Part shown: piece after piece, positions 29,785 to 32,000 of the stretch
How positions within the stretch are numbered: position 1 is the first letter of the stretch
Layout of the letters: each line of letters begins with the position of its first letter
Assembly (NCBI RefSeq): GCF_017876815.1
Contig: NZ_JAGIOS010000003.1
Coordinates: 780,001 to 812,000 of the forward strand
Reading direction: 5' to 3'
DNA length: 32,000 bases
DNA from: Sinorhizobium meliloti
GTDB lineage: Bacteria; Pseudomonadota; Alphaproteobacteria; Rhizobiales; Rhizobiaceae
Notes under the pieces: generated by a model
The model's database searches: none
Told to the model about the DNA's origin: nothing
The model's input: only the letters and a program-made list of their open reading frames with translations
Program-made: the position numbers and the translations under genes

Positions 29785-30585
29785 ATGACCAAGAGCTATC
29801 TTTCACTTGAACTCCTGGACAAGAGCTTCGAACGCGGCGGAACGCGCACCGAGGTTCTCAAACAGGTCTCACTTACTGTCGACAAGGGTGAATTCATCTC
29901 GATCATAGGCCATTCTGGCTGCGGCAAGTCGACCCTGCTTAACATCGTCGGTGGGCTGACACAGGCGACGACCGGCGTCGTCCTCCTCGACGGCAAGGTC
30001 GTCGACGAACCTGGACCGGACCGCGCCGTCGTCTTCCAGAACCACTCGCTGCTGCCGTGGCTCACGGTCTACGAAAACGTCCGGCTGGCCGTCGACAAGG
30101 TGTTTTCGAGAACCCGCAACAAGCAGGAACGCCATGAATGGACGATGCGCAACCTCGAGCTAGTGCAGATGGCGCATGCCGCCGAGAAGCACCCCTCAGA
30201 GGTCTCCGGCGGCATGAAGCAGCGCGTCGGCATCGCCCGGGCGCTTGCCATGGAACCGAAGGTGCTGCTTCTCGACGAGCCCTTCGGGGCGCTCGACGCC
30301 CTGACCCGCGCGCATCTGCAGGACCAGGTCATGCAGATTCACGCGACGCTCGGCAATACGGTGCTGATGATCACGCATGACGTCGACGAAGCGGTCCTGC
30401 TTTCGGACCGCATCGTCATGATGACCAATGGACCCTCTGCACGAGTCGGTGAAATCCTCCACGTGCCGCTCGCGCGTCCGCGTCGTCGCATTGAGCTCGC
30501 CTCCGAGCGAACTTACCTGACATGTCGCGAGTCGGTGCTGAAGTTCCTCTACGAACGCCACCGCTTCGTCGAAGCTGCAGAGTGA
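29785..30585 (+). CDS. nrtC: Nitrate ABC transporter ATP-binding protein, 266 aa
   Basis: ORF 29689..30585 trimmed to ATG 29785 (GAGAGGGAAG upstream, 13 nt after the nrtB stop). Walker A GHSGCGKST, signature SGGMKQRV, Walker B LLLDEPFGALD. Confidence 0.9.
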   Translation: MTKSYLSLELLDKSFERGGTRTEVLKQVSLTVDKGEFISIIGHSGCGKSTLLNIVGGLTQATTGVVLLDGKVVDEPGPDRAVVFQNHSLLPWLTVYENVRLAVDKVFSRTRNKQERHEWTMRNLELVQMAHAAEKHPSEVSGGMKQRVGIARALAMEPKVLLLDEPFGALDALTRAHLQDQVMQIHATLGNTVLMITHDVDEAVLLSDRIVMMTNGPSARVGEILHVPLARPRRRIELASERTYLTCRESVLKFLYERHRFVEAAE

Positions 30586-31021
30586 TTATTCCGAACGGAA
30601 CTCGATCTCGGTAAAGGCTCTCACCAGCGGCCATCTTCTACAGCTTGCGGTATCTTAGTTGTGTCGTCCCCTGCCCTGCAACGATCAACAGCGCGCGGCG
30701 GTTTGGGTCAGTTTTGGGTGGCGAAGGCTTCCTTCCGGGCCCGATCGGACTGTTCCAGCCGCACCGCGTGCTTCGATGGAGCCATCAAAGGTGCGCTTGT
30801 CGGCGCAACCAAACCTGAGCCGCGCAGCCGCCAGACGTCGGCTCTTCCAGCTCGCCGACGGCTTCGTTCGCGGTTAGGGCCGAGCTTATCCCTCGCCTTG
30901 ACCGGGTCCGAACCATGGGCCACTTACATCTTCCGCACCAGCGCCGGTGGAGGTACCTTTGGTCCTGCGAACAAGCACGCGATTAGCGAGAATCTGGTTC
31001 GTTCTGCGCTGGCAATTCTGT

Positions 31022-32000
31022 CTAACGACAAAGTCGGTCGAGTGTTTCGCGAAGGGCGGTCACGGCCACCTCGCGCTCACCGGTCGACATGAGTTCCGGC
31101 TCCGCCTCGATCCTCAGATGGGGCAGCTCGGTTCGAATGGAACTGCAGCCCGTGGTCAGATTCGCCTTGAAGTCGACGACGCGATAAGTCGCGACTGGAT
31201 AGGCTATTCCCCTGATGCGGACACGGCCGGTCTCCTCGCAATGGATCAGGTCCTTCACCTGCGCGAAGGTCTCGTAGGAGATGAGCACTGAGCCGGGCGC
31301 GGCCTCCTCTTCAAGTCGGGCGGCGAGGTTCACGGCGCCGCCGATGATCGTATAGTCCATCCGGTCCTCGCTGCCGAAATTGCCGACCGTGCAGTAGTCA
31401 GTATGAATGCCGATCCGGCAGCGCAGTGGCATCTCTATACCGACGCTGCGCCAGGTTTCGCCGAGTTCACCCATCCGCTCCTGCATGGCGAGTGCCATCG
31501 AGACACAGGCGATCGCGTCCTCCCTAATGCCGCGTGTTTCGGGGTCGCCGAAGAACATTAATATGGCGTCGCCTACGTACTTATCGATCGTAGCCCCGAA
31601 GGACAGAGCAATCTTCGACATTTCCGTCAGATACTGATTGAGGAGCTGGGTCAGTTCCTCGGACTCCATCTTGTCGGTTGTTTCCGTGAATGCCGCAATG
31701 TCGGAGAAACAGATCGTCAGCTTCTTCCTCCGGCTTTCGATCCTAACGTCCTGTTTGCCGCTGAAGATCGAGTTATACACCTGCGGCGCGAGGTATTTGG
31801 CAAGCTTGGCGGAGAGCGCCTCGAGCGCAACTGATTTTTCGGAGAGGTCCTGCTCACGGCGCTTGAGCTCCGTGATGTCGGAATAGACCGCGACGGTGCC
31901 GCCGCCCGAAATCCGGCGTTCGCTGATCTGGATCCAGCGATCTGGACCGCGCTGCTGAAGGAGTGTTCCGGTCGGATTGCGATGTGCTTCGAGGCGCTCG
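31022..32000 (-). CDS. PAS-linked class III adenylate/guanylate cyclase, 3' part (the gene continues beyond the window)
   Basis: The frame is open from the window edge (…GGGTVAVYSDITELKRREQDLSEKS…, a PAS end plus coiled coil) into the CHD domain (ICFSDIAAFTETTD..., YVGDAILMFFGDP, IGIHTDYCTVGNFGSEDRMDYTIIGGAVNLAARLE). The track M at 31780 is an internal GTG. Confidence 0.85.
   Translation of the reverse strand, partial: ERLEAHRNPTGTLLQQRGPDRWIQISERRISGGGTVAVYSDITELKRREQDLSEKSVALEALSAKLAKYLAPQVYNSIFSGKQDVRIESRRKKLTICFSDIAAFTETTDKMESEELTQLLNQYLTEMSKIALSFGATIDKYVGDAILMFFGDPETRGIREDAIACVSMALAMQERMGELGETWRSVGIEMPLRCRIGIHTDYCTVGNFGSEDRMDYTIIGGAVNLAARLEEEAAPGSVLISYETFAQVKDLIHCEETGRVRIRGIAYPVATYRVVDFKANLTTGCSSIRTELPHLRIEAEPELMSTGEREVAVTALRETLDRLCR

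Noticed and set aside
30661-31092. A 143-aa plus ORF and a 71-aa minus ORF between nrtC and the cyclase gene.
   Set aside because: Arg/Ser/Ala-rich with no motifs and no SD. The plus ORF runs into the cyclase gene's 3' end on the opposite strand.
1-32000. A search for CRISPR arrays, long tandem repeats, rRNA genes and intact IS elements.
   Set aside because: I saw no regularly spaced direct repeats, no rRNA-like conserved blocks, and no full-length transposase. The only mobile-element trace is the remnant at 26045-26476.

Overview
High-GC alpha-proteobacterial accessory-replicon DNA. From memory, unverified, the gene content resembles a Sinorhizobium/Ensifer pSymA-type symbiotic megaplasmid.

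Layout, left to right:
- (1) Tail of a ThrE-like exporter gene, then a tightly packed minus-strand operon DUF3141 / Ptb-like phosphotransacylase / acetate kinase / FabI (493-5673). A near-consensus FixK/FNR anaerobox sits at class-II distance upstream.
- (2) A gene-fragment graveyard (5950-7170): htpG 5' remnant with a frameshift, a truncated CBS gene behind a perfect anaerobox, and an inverted 78-nt copy of part of the DUF3141 gene.
- (3) An envelope/osmotic set: MscS-family channel, aqpZ, and an OmpA-domain::DUF2092 fusion with a coupled small ORF. An orphan anaerobox promoter lies inside a 31-bp palindrome.
- (4) A non-canonical cbb3 oxidase cluster, fixNOQP-orf63-DUF2189-fixI-fixS-orf103 (13686-21009). 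It has no fixG or fixH.
- (5) Two 5'-truncated genes fused head to head at about 22440.
- (6) A lower-GC island of about 3 kb carrying the most unusual item. A HipA-family kinase gene is followed, and overlapped, by a 343-aa XRE-HTH protein with a large unassignable C-terminal domain. An IS transposase remnant bounds the island.
- (7) A small tail-anchored protein gene with an EcfG/RpoE2-like promoter and a heavily structured 3' region.
- (8) nrtABC behind a good sigma54 promoter.
- (9) The 3' part of a PAS/class III nucleotide cyclase gene running off the window.

No rRNA, tRNA or CRISPR array was seen. All calls come from reading the sequence and the ORF track. All family assignments are from memory of motifs, not searches.
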